A stretch of 64,000 nucleotides of DNA from Neodothiora populina (Eukaryota): NCBI RefSeq assembly GCF_041146345.1, contig NW_027191410.1, positions 496,001 to 560,000 of the forward strand, in the 5' to 3' direction. Positions 33,619 through 45,087 of the stretch are shown here, in pieces (position 1 is the stretch's first letter; every line of letters starts with the position of its first letter). Position numbers and translations under genes: made by a program. The notes below the pieces were generated by a model. It was not told the origin of the DNA and ran no database searches. It was given only the letters and a program-made list of their open reading frames with translations.

Positions 33619-35128
33619 ATGATGAATATGCTAGGTGCGGCAGGAGTGACGGTGGCAGCCCTTGCTACTGTGGCTCAGGCGGCCGACATGATTACCTGCG
33701 GAGACAACAACCCATGTCCGGCGAGTGCACCGTGCTGCTCGACATACGGATTCTGTGGTGTCGGCGCATACTGCCTGGGAGGATGTGATCCTCAACACTC
33801 GTTCTCTCTCCAGTCATGTATGGCTGCGCCTACCTGCAAATCCCAAGATTTCAAGATGAACAGCCTGGACTCGATCATGTCCAACGCCGACTACCTCGGC
33901 GACCCATCCCAGGCAGATTGGGTCAGCCAGGGTACTCCCGTGGCCTATAACGACGAGGCTGTCCTCCTCACCATGGCCCAGGGCACCGTTGGCACTCTGC
34001 TCACGAGTACACGCTATGTCTGGTACGGCAAAGTCAGCGCTACCATGACGACATCTCAGGGAGCAGGTGTTGTTACCGCCTTTATTTTGATGAGCGACGT
34101 TAAGGACGAAATCGACTTCGAATTTATTGGCACCGACGTACAGACTGCACAGAGCAATTACTACTTCCAGGGAATTACTGATTGTGAGTTGCTTTCGATG
34201 ATCGCGAGGGAGAGCATAGGCTAATTCCTTGCAGATACCAACGAGAAGAACCTGACTGCATCCAACACGGAAACCCAAGCACACACTTATACCATAGATT
34301 GGCAAGAAGACTACGTCAGCTGGGCCGTGGACGGTACTATCTTACGCACCATGTTCCGCAATGAGACCTACAACTCGACCACTGGACAGTACCACTTCCC
34401 CCAGTCGCCTGCCAGAGTTCAGCTTTCGTTGTGGCCCGCGGGTAGTCCTTCCAATGGACAGGGTACGATTGAATGGGCTGGCGGTGAAATCAGCTGGAAC
34501 AGCCCTTACATGCAAAATGGATACTACTATGCCATGATCAAAGACATTGTGAGTTTCGGCCTAGTTCGTGATAGCAAGCGCATTGACTGACCGTTCCATC
34601 ACACAGACTGTGCAGTGTTACGATCCCCCAGCTGGATACCAGAACCACGGCGACAAGGCGTACTACTATAGCACTACTGCTGGTACCAACGACACTGTTG
34701 TTGTCGGCAACAACAATACGATCCTTGCGTCATTCTATGCAACGGGCGACGACCCAAAGAAGGACCCCAATGCCACCAAGTCGAAGAGTGCTGCCAGTGC
34801 CACTGGCAGTAAGACGGCATCGAGCGCTAGCCAGTCAGCGACTCCCGATTTGCAGACTATCCCCGGAGTCAGCGGCGCAGGATCTCGGGGTGACACCCCT
34901 AGCGATAGTGGCTCGGGTTCTTCCTCGGGCTCCTCCGGCTCTTCTGGCAGCGATAGCTCTTCAAGTGGAAGCTCCAGCGGCTCAGACAGCTCGGGCTCCT
35001 CGGGATCAGGCAGCACGTCTTTCTCTCAGGGCAGTGCCCCGAACACCAACACTAACGATGGTGCTCACTTGATGGTCGGCAGCCTTGTTGCATTGGTTGC
35101 CTTCCTCGCAGCCGCGATGATGATTTGA
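33619..35128 (+). CDS. UTR2: GPI-anchored chitin transglycosylase, Crh/Utr2 family (CBM18 + GH16)
   Basis: Exons 33619-34183, 34235-34548, 34608-35128. Signal peptide, CBM18 (CPASAPCCSTYGFCGVGAYCLGGC), GH16 DEIDFE, QLSLWPAG..GTIEWAGG, Ser/Gly stalk, hydrophobic GPI signal. Confidence 0.92.
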
Positions 35129-35703
35129 TGGTGAAGTGTACATGGGTGTAACGTCGAAGAGGATGAAAATACGGGTGTGATGCATATATGAGCGCCTGAT
35201 CTGAATGTGGATATTTTTGGGTTTTAGTGTGACACTATGTGTCCAATACTTAATGGTTGAAGTAGGAGGCCAGCTCCAGATGGTGGTTTGGAGTGGCATC
35301 GTGTTTGCATAGCGGGTTATATCCAATGGTAAAGTCATGTCATAGCATTCGGAAGCTTTTTGTTCGATCTCACGTCTTGCATCTGAACAGAATCTGTATT
35401 ACTAGCGACGACGGAACCATATTCATGCAGTTGGAGATGGACAATGATATCATGTACACGGTCGAGACGGAGCACCAAGATCACGTGCCTGTCTGCAACT
35501 GAGAGGTGATGCCAAGACCGGCTATCGCACGGACCCCAGCACGCTCGCACCTCCGGGCTTGCGAAATTCGAGGAATCACAATTGCCGCCTGGCGAATCTT
35601 GACTCTCCAGGAAAAGCGACCGTCAAGCACAAGCAACTTTTCCTCTTCGTCCAACAGTTCAATCCTCAAGACAACCCAACCTCCCCCCACCTCATCAGCC
35701 AAA

Positions 35704-36236
35704 ATGGAGAACGAACGCGGAGAGCTCGTCGACCTGTATGTCAGCCCGATTCGAGAAGCAAGACAGGAGAGGAACTGTCGCTCTGTCTCTTGTCTTGCTC
35801 GTTTCGCTCGTCAATCATCACCCTGTCCGCCTGTTGCTTGGACATGTTCGAAAGAGGCGATTATGGAGAGGGAAAGCAGGAAGAAAAGAAAAAAGAAAAT
35901 GAAGAACGGGAACACTGCGCCTTGATGAACATGACACGACACGGACACGTTGAAGAAAGACGAACGATTGAGGAAGAGCACAAATGCTGATTGTAAAACC
36001 ACAACAGTTACGTCCCTCGCAAGTGCAGCGCGACCAACCGCATCATCAAGGCCAAGGACCACGGTTCCGTCCAGATCTCCGTCGCAAAGGTTGACGAGAA
36101 CGGTCGCTACACCGGCGAGAACCAGACCTACGCCCTCTGCGGTTTCGTCCGCGCCATGGGCGAGTCTGACGACTGCATCAACCGCCTCGCTCAGCGTGAC
36201 GGATACCTCAAGAACGTCTGGTCCGCCTCTAGGTAA
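35704..36236 (+). CDS. RPS21: 40S ribosomal protein S21 (eS21)
   Basis: Exons 35704-35735 and 36008-36236: [86 protein letters not shown]. Confidence 0.97.
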
Positions 36237-37290
36237 ATCTGTTGTTCCGCAGATTTAAGGACTTGAGAAGGATGAGGTGAGTCGATGATCTTCCTTTGAC
36301 AGGAACGATTATAATTTGCTCCGAGTCGATTGCAAAGGCTGACCAGTCTTCCATTTTTGCTGAACAGGTGACGAATAAAACGGCTTCTGAGTTCCTTTGA
36401 AAAGCACAAACATATGCGCGCATGGCAAAATGGGTTAAAGGGTGTTTTTTCATTACTACCACCACCGATCAGGGAAGAGAAAAGAATTCAAGTCGATCTC
36501 TTCTCTCGCTCGTCATAGCGCTTTTGGAGGGGCCATTATGTTCGAGCATTTTTATTAGAGATCATAGGGCTGGTTGCCGGACTCGAAATGGAAAAAAGCT
36601 GTGCCAAATCCAACACTCTCAAACTCAACGCAGCAGCAATATACCCCCCTTTTTGTTTTATATCTGCCTTTTCGCGCCGCTCTGCTTGCGAGATCATTAC
36701 CCACTAATCTTGACGCCATCGCTCTACTTATTCTCTACAACTCATGGTCCTCCGCGTGATGCGCGCACTTCTTCCCCCATTGATGCCACGACTGCCGGGA
36801 CGTCTGGAAGCTCAAGTCTTATACGCAGCTCGAGTCCCTTGAATCGAGTCATAGCGTATACTTTGAGTACTGGCAGCAAGGCTATGGCCACCAAAGCTCA
36901 AAGATGCACTGCACGAATCAAATTCCTCACTTACCCACTTTCCCGTATTCGTTCTGCTTTATGTCTCTCACATGCAATACTATTTGTGGTTTTTACTCTC
37001 ACACTATACCACAGATGAACGAGACGAGGTAGAAGTGGCCATTCCTTTCTGCGCCATTTACCTCAAGACCTACCACTTCGAGACCATGTCAATAAAATCT
37101 ATCCCCACAAATTCTATATAGACCATAGAGGTACAAGTGGTATGGTGTTTTCACACCGGAGACAGCATAAGAACTAGGAGTGGTACCCTGAGGAAGCTTG
37201 AGAAACATACATGGCCCAAGTCTGTCATCGTGTTCTGCAGACACCGACTCCTTTGGTGGTATATAATCAACAATTGTTCACCTTTCCTCC

Positions 37291-37409
37291 ACGTACGGCC
37301 ACAGGCAGCTGAGAACTGGGCATCCCGTCCGCTCTGCCAGACATAAGCAGTTGACCGGCTGATTAGTACTACGGTGGGTGACCACGTGGGAATCCCAGCT
37401 GCTGTACGT
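37291..37409 (+). rRNA. 5S rRNA: Dispersed 5S rRNA gene
   Basis: 119 nt, ACGTACGGC...GCTGTACGT terminal helix. Contains CATCCCGTCCGCTC and internal control region TTAGTACTACGGTGGGTGACCACGTGGGAATCC. TATATAA at about -31, T-rich Pol III terminator immediately downstream. Confidence 0.96.
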
Positions 37410-38452
37410 TTTGTTTTTGTCGTCTTGCCAGAGAGACATGTATGTACTTTTTGTCGCCGCAAAAATGGTGATCAACTCAAGTATAGCCGCGTATCTTGAG
37501 TATGGGTCGATCCGGATCGATAGCACGAGAGGAGAAGGAAAAGCCTCTTTAAAGTCTAGATGCAATATTTTGTCTCGCATACCGGACCGCAATTGACCTT
37601 CGCGTCGTCGACAGCGATCACGGCGAGGCACTTTCGTTAGTCGTGTGCAGCATTTCGAAACGCCGCTACGAAGCTCTAATGGTCCTGTTCAATGAGGTAA
37701 GCAGACTATGGCTGACATGATTACGAATTGATGGAAAGCATCAGCAGGACATCATAGCAAGACTATAATATTCGCATTCGAGGGGCCAGCATCCTAAATG
37801 ATGGTATGCGACGTGAAGGGCTTCTCAAATTGACCTACGTCTACACGAAGGGACCGGAGCGGATGCAGTCGAAAGCCTCCAATGAGGCCAGACTTCGCCT
37901 GAAACGATGTGTCAGTGCTTGCACTTTATATGCAGCTACGCGGTGATTCAAGTATACCAACCCCTCTAAAGGCCCTTCGGCAAAGCCAATTCACTCTTCC
38001 TTTATTGTCTTTTCCCACTGAAGATGTCCCGAATAGCCTGATTGTAATCCACTGACGAAATACAGAAGGTAATTTACATGTATGATAGACTACCATCCGC
38101 GAGAGCCAAGATTTGGACGAAGAAGTTCCACCAATCGAACATGAGCATTCTCCGACTTCATCTACCTATGCGGGCGTGATAGATCTTGTCAATCTCCCTT
38201 CTTGTTTCGACCAGCAGGCCGTCCCGCGTCTCGTGCGCGGGGTCCTTGTATATTGCGGAGAAGGTGCATGCAGTGATGCATGGTTCTAGGTAATTCGCCA
38301 TCATGGTAGATCACCAGAGAGTATCAAGGGGATGGGATGGGATCCGAACCGAAGATATAATAGACACGGTCGCCCCAAAGGTGTTGCTGTTTCTCAGCAG
38401 ACGAAGACACAGACTCCGATTAGACAAGTGAACATCTCTTAGCATCAGCAAG

Positions 38453-40018
38453 ATGTTGTTCAGGTCGTCAGCCGTGGCGACAGTCCTTTGTGCCGTTGCG
38501 AGTGTAGCATCACCCACCCGGCCAGTGTCGTCGCCGAAACATATCTCGAAGCAACAGGGCACTCGCCCTGAAATCGTCTTTTCACCCAAGCAGCCTTTCA
38601 AGCCTTTCCCTTCGTCTTTGGCTAGAACGAAGGATTGCGTAGTGGCCACCCACGGTGACGGCAAGACAGATGACAGCCCTGCTATCTTGTCGGCCATCAA
38701 GGAGTGCAACCCTGGCGGGCACGTCGTCTTTTCTAGTGGAAAGACATACATAATTGGAACTGCTCTTGACTTGACCAACCTCACTCATGTCGATCTCGGT
38801 ATGTTCTTCACGTTTTATATATTCGTCGTCTTCCGTCGTTCAACCATATCTATATTCCCGATGCTGCCCTTTGCCACAGCCACCAGGGGGAAATACACTT
38901 TTCTGCGCAACTGCTAGTGATACAGCAGCGTGCTAACTCCACTCAGACATCCAGGGCACTATCCAGTTCACAAACGACACGGACTACTGGCAAAAACATG
39001 CCTTCAAACTGATCTTCCAGAACGCCACGAGTTTCTTCCAATTGGGCGGCGAGGACGTGAATGTCTACGGCGGAGGCACCATTGACGGAAACGGACAAGC
39101 ATGGTACGACCTCTACGCCAAGGACATCTACATCCTACGGCCTCTTCTCTTCGGTGTCACCGGTCTCCATGGCGGCAGCATCAGCAACCTCAACATGCGC
39201 TACTCACCGCAGTACTACAACTTCATTGCGAACAGCACCAACGTTGTCTATTCAGACATTAACATCAGCGGCTACTCGAAGAGCAAGAACCTTGCCAAAA
39301 ACACTGATGGCTGGGACACGTACCGCAGCAGCAACATTGTGATCCAGAACAGCGTCATCAACAACGGTGACGACTGCGTGAGTTTCAAGCCCAACAGCAC
39401 CGAGATCCTGGTGCAGAACTTGTTCTGCAACGGCAGTCACGGTATCAGCGTTGGTTCCCTCGGACAATATGCCGGCGAGACGGACATTGTTGAGAATGTG
39501 CTCGTAAGTCGACCTCTCTCTTCTTTCCTTTCTCTCTAAACCCAAATATATACTGACCCAAAGCCCAGGTCTACAACACGAGCATGCACAACGCCTCGGA
39601 CATGGCCCGCATAAAGGTGTGGCCCGGCTCCGCAGCCGCGCTCTCGGGCGACCTGCAAGGCGGCGGCGGCACAGGCCGAGTGAACAACATAACCTACGAC
39701 ACAATGACAGTGACCAACGTCGACTACGCCATCGAAATCACACAGTGCTATGGCCAAAAGAACCTGACGGCGTGCAACGAGTTCCCCTCCGACCTGACCA
39801 TTTCGAACGTCCTGATCACGAACCTCTCCGGCACCACGAGTAAGGCACGCAGCCCTTATTCGGGCTACGTGGTTTGCTCGAGTGAGACGACGTGCAGTAA
39901 TATCAAGGTCGAGGATATCAATGTTACGAGCCCCAGTGGCGCGAAGGATGAGTTCCAGTGCGGAAATGTGGACGAGTCGCTTTTGGAGGGCATCAAGTGC
40001 GTCGACGTTAAAATGTAG
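38453..40018 (+). CDS. Secreted GH28 exopolygalacturonase
   Basis: Exons 38453-38798, 38948-39503, 39569-40018. Signal peptide and GH28 motifs [31 protein letters not shown] typical of fungal exo-PGs. Confidence 0.93.
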
Positions 40019-40562
40019 TCACAGTATCCGTGTACTGGTCTCCGTTTTCGATGTTTTTTTGGTCTTCTGAGGTCTCAACTTGTCAAGCTATTTAATCTTT
40101 GCTACGTGTCCACGCACGATATATAGCAGTCTGAAGAGAAACAAAAATTCACATTCAAAATCGTCTCACGGGTTGCGTAAGGACAGGGTCATACGACATT
40201 TCGAGTAAGCTAAGCACCTTACTCGAGATAATTTGAGGTTCTTTACCTCTCTCTCCCAAGATTCTTAAAGAGCAATTCTGGACCGGTAGAGAGTCTACTT
40301 GTGAAGGGGTGAAGATTGTGTTGGGCGGATTTTCGTGAAGTGAGTTGCGACCCTCGCGCCTTCCTCATACGGCTGAAGTAAATAGAGAAGGCGTGCTTTT
40401 TCTCAAGATGACTATCTAGGTGAGTAGCAGCAGTGAAACCCGAGTACACGCTTTCTATACCAGTCACTCTATGTTCTCAATCAATTTTGCCCTCTATCAT
40501 TCCTGCGTTTCATTACACAATCACGCCTCGTTCACAGTATTCATACTCCAAAGTCTATCGCT

Positions 40563-41300
40563 ATGCAGCCGAGCAAGGTCGACTCGGTCGTTCTATCTCA
40601 ACGACGCCACCTTGCGGAACTTCTACTGAGAAAGACAGATTCGGCACATGATCAAAACATGATATGTACGGTCACAAGATGGGACGTTGAGAGTCCATTT
40701 GTTGCGTGCCTTTTTGCACAGAAAATCCATTTGGAGAACCTGTTGGATGGTCTGTGGCTCGCGATAGACGAACTGCACGGCTGTGTCGTCCACTAGAAGA
40801 AAGAGATGGCTGCAAAGAAGATCGTGGGCATTGTCAAGCAACTACCGGAAGCATGCGAGGAGCCATGGAAGCTTGACTGGAATGCTCTGTCGACATGCGC
40901 AAGGCTCTCCGCGGATTATTGCCTTGGTCAGATTCAGTTCTGTCAAATCAGATTCGCTCAAGAGCTGAACCTTCGTCTGCATACACTCGAGCAGATTCGG
41001 CCTTTCACTCTGAGAGACGTTCGTTGCGGATCGCGGGCCCAGCATCAAATCGAGGTCTTGGTTCAGCAGCTTTGGCATCAAGCAGGCAAACGAGATCCAT
41101 ACAAGCCTCTCTGTTATGTTGATTTGTTACATTCGCTTCGCATAATTGCCGAGACTAGCAACGATGCTGACGATAACTTGCGACTTGTCGATTTTCCTCC
41201 CAACATGGGGCCGGTCTGGGAAGATGAGCCGACGCAGTGCTCAGACGCCATTAGTAGTGGGTTCAACATCGCATGTCTCCACTTCGCTGATTATGGGTAG
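40563..41300 (+). pseudogene. Possible ~245-codon reading frame interrupted by one in-frame TAG
   Basis: ORFs 40563-40796 and 40806-41300 are in the same frame, separated only by TAG at 40794-96. No recognisable domain. Confidence 0.3.
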
Positions 41301-44300
41301 TATCGGCGGAGTATCCAGCTGGTATACCAACAAGATCGAGTACTTCGGTTGGAGAGCTAGCAGGCGACTCTATGTCTACTGCTGGAGTAGTAGATCTGGA
41401 CGAGCTTGTTCCAGATGATGGAAACACCATTCACAATGACCTGTCTGTGTCTGAAAGTGGTTCGTCCGCTCACTTTCTTCGGCTCTGATACTGGACTAAA
41501 AAGTCGTAGCAACGACGCTTGTCTACGAAGAGGGGTGGCTAGAATCAGGGTCTGCAATTTATTGTAGGTCAACCGGGCGCATCACTAGAAGAACGTTCGC
41601 GATCCAAAGCAGCTGAGCAACAAGTACAGATCGGGAAAAGGCACCGCACTGGCATTCCTTACCAGGTTGGTACCGGGTATATGGTCAGAAATTGAGGCGT
41701 TGGAGTGCTGGTGACATAGACCGCAACAACACAATTCAGAGCTTCTGGAATGGCATCTGATCAGAGGTGGCATTCTGATCGCTGTATATCTATTTGTAAC
41801 GCCAACCTTGCAGTATTCATCAAAGTCCAGCTCATCCGGAACAACGTTGGTCGTATGAGTACGGAGTATCTTGAGAAAGAGTCGACTTCTGATTACTGCT
41901 GCTCTATGTTCAGCTTAGCACCACTTTCATCTTCGCTTGAGCGGCAGTTCTGCTTCGCAACGTTGCTCAGAGTCCGAAGCAGCGGTACGCATATGATGTT
42001 ACGCGAAGCTCGCGAGTGACCACCTGCGACATGGTCACACAACGAGAGCAAAGCATGCTGAATGCATCTTCTCGTATCAAGCCTGGTCACATGTATATTG
42101 ACCCTGATATGAAGTGGAGGGCTTTATACGCAACGGAGATTGGCTTGAAGGTCTCGGCAGGGCATGGATGCGGAAATCGAAACGGTGGGTTCACTTGCAG
42201 TGGTTGACCGCCCTGTGCTGCCACAAGCCGTGAGGCTCAGTCCCATGGATTTGAAGACAAGATAAATCTGAGATGAGCAGGTGAGACAGCAAAGCAGAGC
42301 GCGTATATCCTTTGGGGAGGGACCCAGAGGTCCAGCAATCATACTCACCGCATGTGGGATTCGTAGATAGGGTTCAAGAGTATCATTTGCCCAAGTATCG
42401 ATTTCTTACACGCACGCACGCACCTACATCGTCTGCACTTGTTGATTTGTTGGTATTGGAGCCCAAAAGACCGAGTGGCACAGGATTCAGTTGCTGTTGC
42501 ATAAGCAGTCAAAGTATTGGGGTTCAACGCAACTGGGATCAACGTGGTTCCACTTGTAAGCCTCGATGCAAGGGAAGCAAACGCAGCAATCACGGATCCG
42601 CCCCGGGCGATGTGGTTGAGTCGAGCATGAAAATCAGAAGATAGGGACTGTCTGTACAGGTTTCAGACGATGCTATCATGCTGTAGACAGTCGAGACGAA
42701 GAACAAAGTGGTAAGCATGCGGCATCGGCGTTTCCTTCGAGGACTGCCGCAGGTTTCCGTCGACCCATGTGAGGCAGTGGTCCAGAAGCATCTGTCAGAT
42801 GGCAAAGGTGACGCAACGGGTATCCACAGACCACATTGCATACACGCACGCGGGCGCGGTCGATGATGAGACGTCGGGCTGTGTCGGTCGATGGTAACCG
42901 CAGGAAGATCTTTCCTCCACAGCTAACGGTAGAGCCGCAAGTGTAAAGGAGAAGGAGATTTCGCTCGGCGGTGAAGAAAGAAGTGCATGTTGACAGCACA
43001 TGGTCATGCCGGATCAACAATGGGGAAAAGAAAGTGTATTAGCTAAAGATAGAAACAGAATGAGCACTGGCATGTCGACAGCGGTTAACGGTCCAGGGGT
43101 GGTGGGGAGTGAGTTACAGCAGAACGGTCCAGATAGGGAGAGAAGTTGCGTAAGCGAAGCGAAGCCACGCTCGCTATAAAGCAATCACGATAAAAATAAA
43201 CAATCGCAGAACGCTCTGAGGTTTTGCGTTGATGAAAGATATTGGAGATGATGAATGGGAGATCCGAAGCCGGCTCTGCTGGTCCGCACGCCCCTTAGGG
43301 TGGGGGAAGTGCACATAATCATACCTTACCTTAATACAGTAATGTAAGCTAGAGGAAGGTACTGTACTGTACAGTAGAGTACTTGTACAACAAGTTGGAG
43401 TCGGTGCGACACGAAAGCTCTAGCGACAATTCGGCCAGAGGCTGCATCGCGCAGATGCAGAGTACAAGTGTCAGACGGACGCAGCAGTCACAGCGGACGA
43501 CCCATGTGCCCGGTTCTTGATCACCGACGTTCATATGGGCGTAAGACAGGTCGAATCCCGGGACAAAGTTTAAGGTTTATGGATACACATACAGGGCTTG
43601 GACCCGAGCTTCATGTGACAATGGTCACCTGCGCCGCAAGTGCAACTTCAGCAGTGAATCGCAAAAGCGTGGAAAGTAAAATCATGAACCTTTGCGACAG
43701 GGGGATCTTGCACGCGGCCGGCGTGGAATTGACACGTAAGGGCGGAGCCAGAGGGAGAGGCACAAAAGGGGAGAGCTGACGTTCGCTTAATGTGACTGTG
43801 AGTAAGTGGATAATGTACGTGTAAGTACCTTTACAGTATACCAAGGTACCCGTCTGATGGACCTGAATTTCGAGACACAAGAGATTGAGCTCGAGTGTCG
43901 ATTGTCGATTACCTACACTAATGCAATCTGCATTGGTATAAACTGTGACCAGAAGAGTAAAACAACGACTCGTGGCCAATGAACAGTCCAGACACGGCGA
44001 AGACATCGGCCCAGTTGTCGACGCTCCGGGCGGGTCAAGGTTCCCCCCTCGGTCTAAGTAACGCCACCAATGCAAAGTGTCAAGGGAGAAGTTGTATTGT
44101 CAAGTAAAGTAGCGGAGAAAGTCATGTAGCGTGAGTTGTAGCGGCCATAGCAGCAGCTAAGAAGTCAGTCCGACAAAGCTGATAATCAAAAGGCAAGAAA
44201 AAACAGCTCATTCGTAGACAAACAGGTGAGTGCGTGCATGCATGCATGCATCAAGATCGACTGCGATACAAGTCATTCCTGTACCTTGGTATCAATATTC

Positions 44301-45087
44301 ATTTGCATTGTTCTGCATTGCATCCGACCACTCTGCGAAGGTACTACGACCGGACCAGAGCCAGAGCCAGACTCGAATATCTTTTTTATTTATATTATCC
44401 CCCGCTGTCTTTCCTGCACCCACTGCATCTGCACTTGCACCTGCACTGCGTCGGTTCGTACAATTATTGCATTGCATCGGATCGTACTGTATACCTTCCT
44501 TCCCTTGCCATTATTACTTGTGTATTCAGTTTTGACTGTGCTGTACCACTGTACCTTGCCTTGGTCTACATTTTTACCATCTTTTCTGGTGTACCTTACG
44601 AGTGCCACTGTACATATCTACATCATCTACAATCTTCGTCTCGGGTTTTTGTTCCTCTCTCCGTTCTTTCTTCATTACACAACCTCGACGTCAAGACCCA
44701 ATCTTTTCGCCGACGTCGACCAAACCGAGCTTCCAAGAGAGCGAGAAGATGCTGGTTTTGCAAAGCTCATCTCTGTAGATCGCCCTCTCTCGCCCATCTA
44801 ATAATTCTCTTTTCCAATACATTATTTTGCTTCTTTAATTGTTAGCCATCCTTTCGCTCGGCTTCCCTCTGTTCAAGCATCTCCTGTTGCTACTCTTCTC
44901 TTCGTCTCCTCTCGCTCAATTCCATTCGCCACGGACGACGGGATCCCACCGCTTCTGGTTATATTGTTCGCCCACGTCAAACCCCCACCTCCCTCGTCGC
45001 CTCTTCTAGACCCGCCGTCGGTCCTGCACGTTCGCTTACTCGCCTCGTCCTGCCGGTTGCCACGACTCTCGCCACCACATTCCCATC

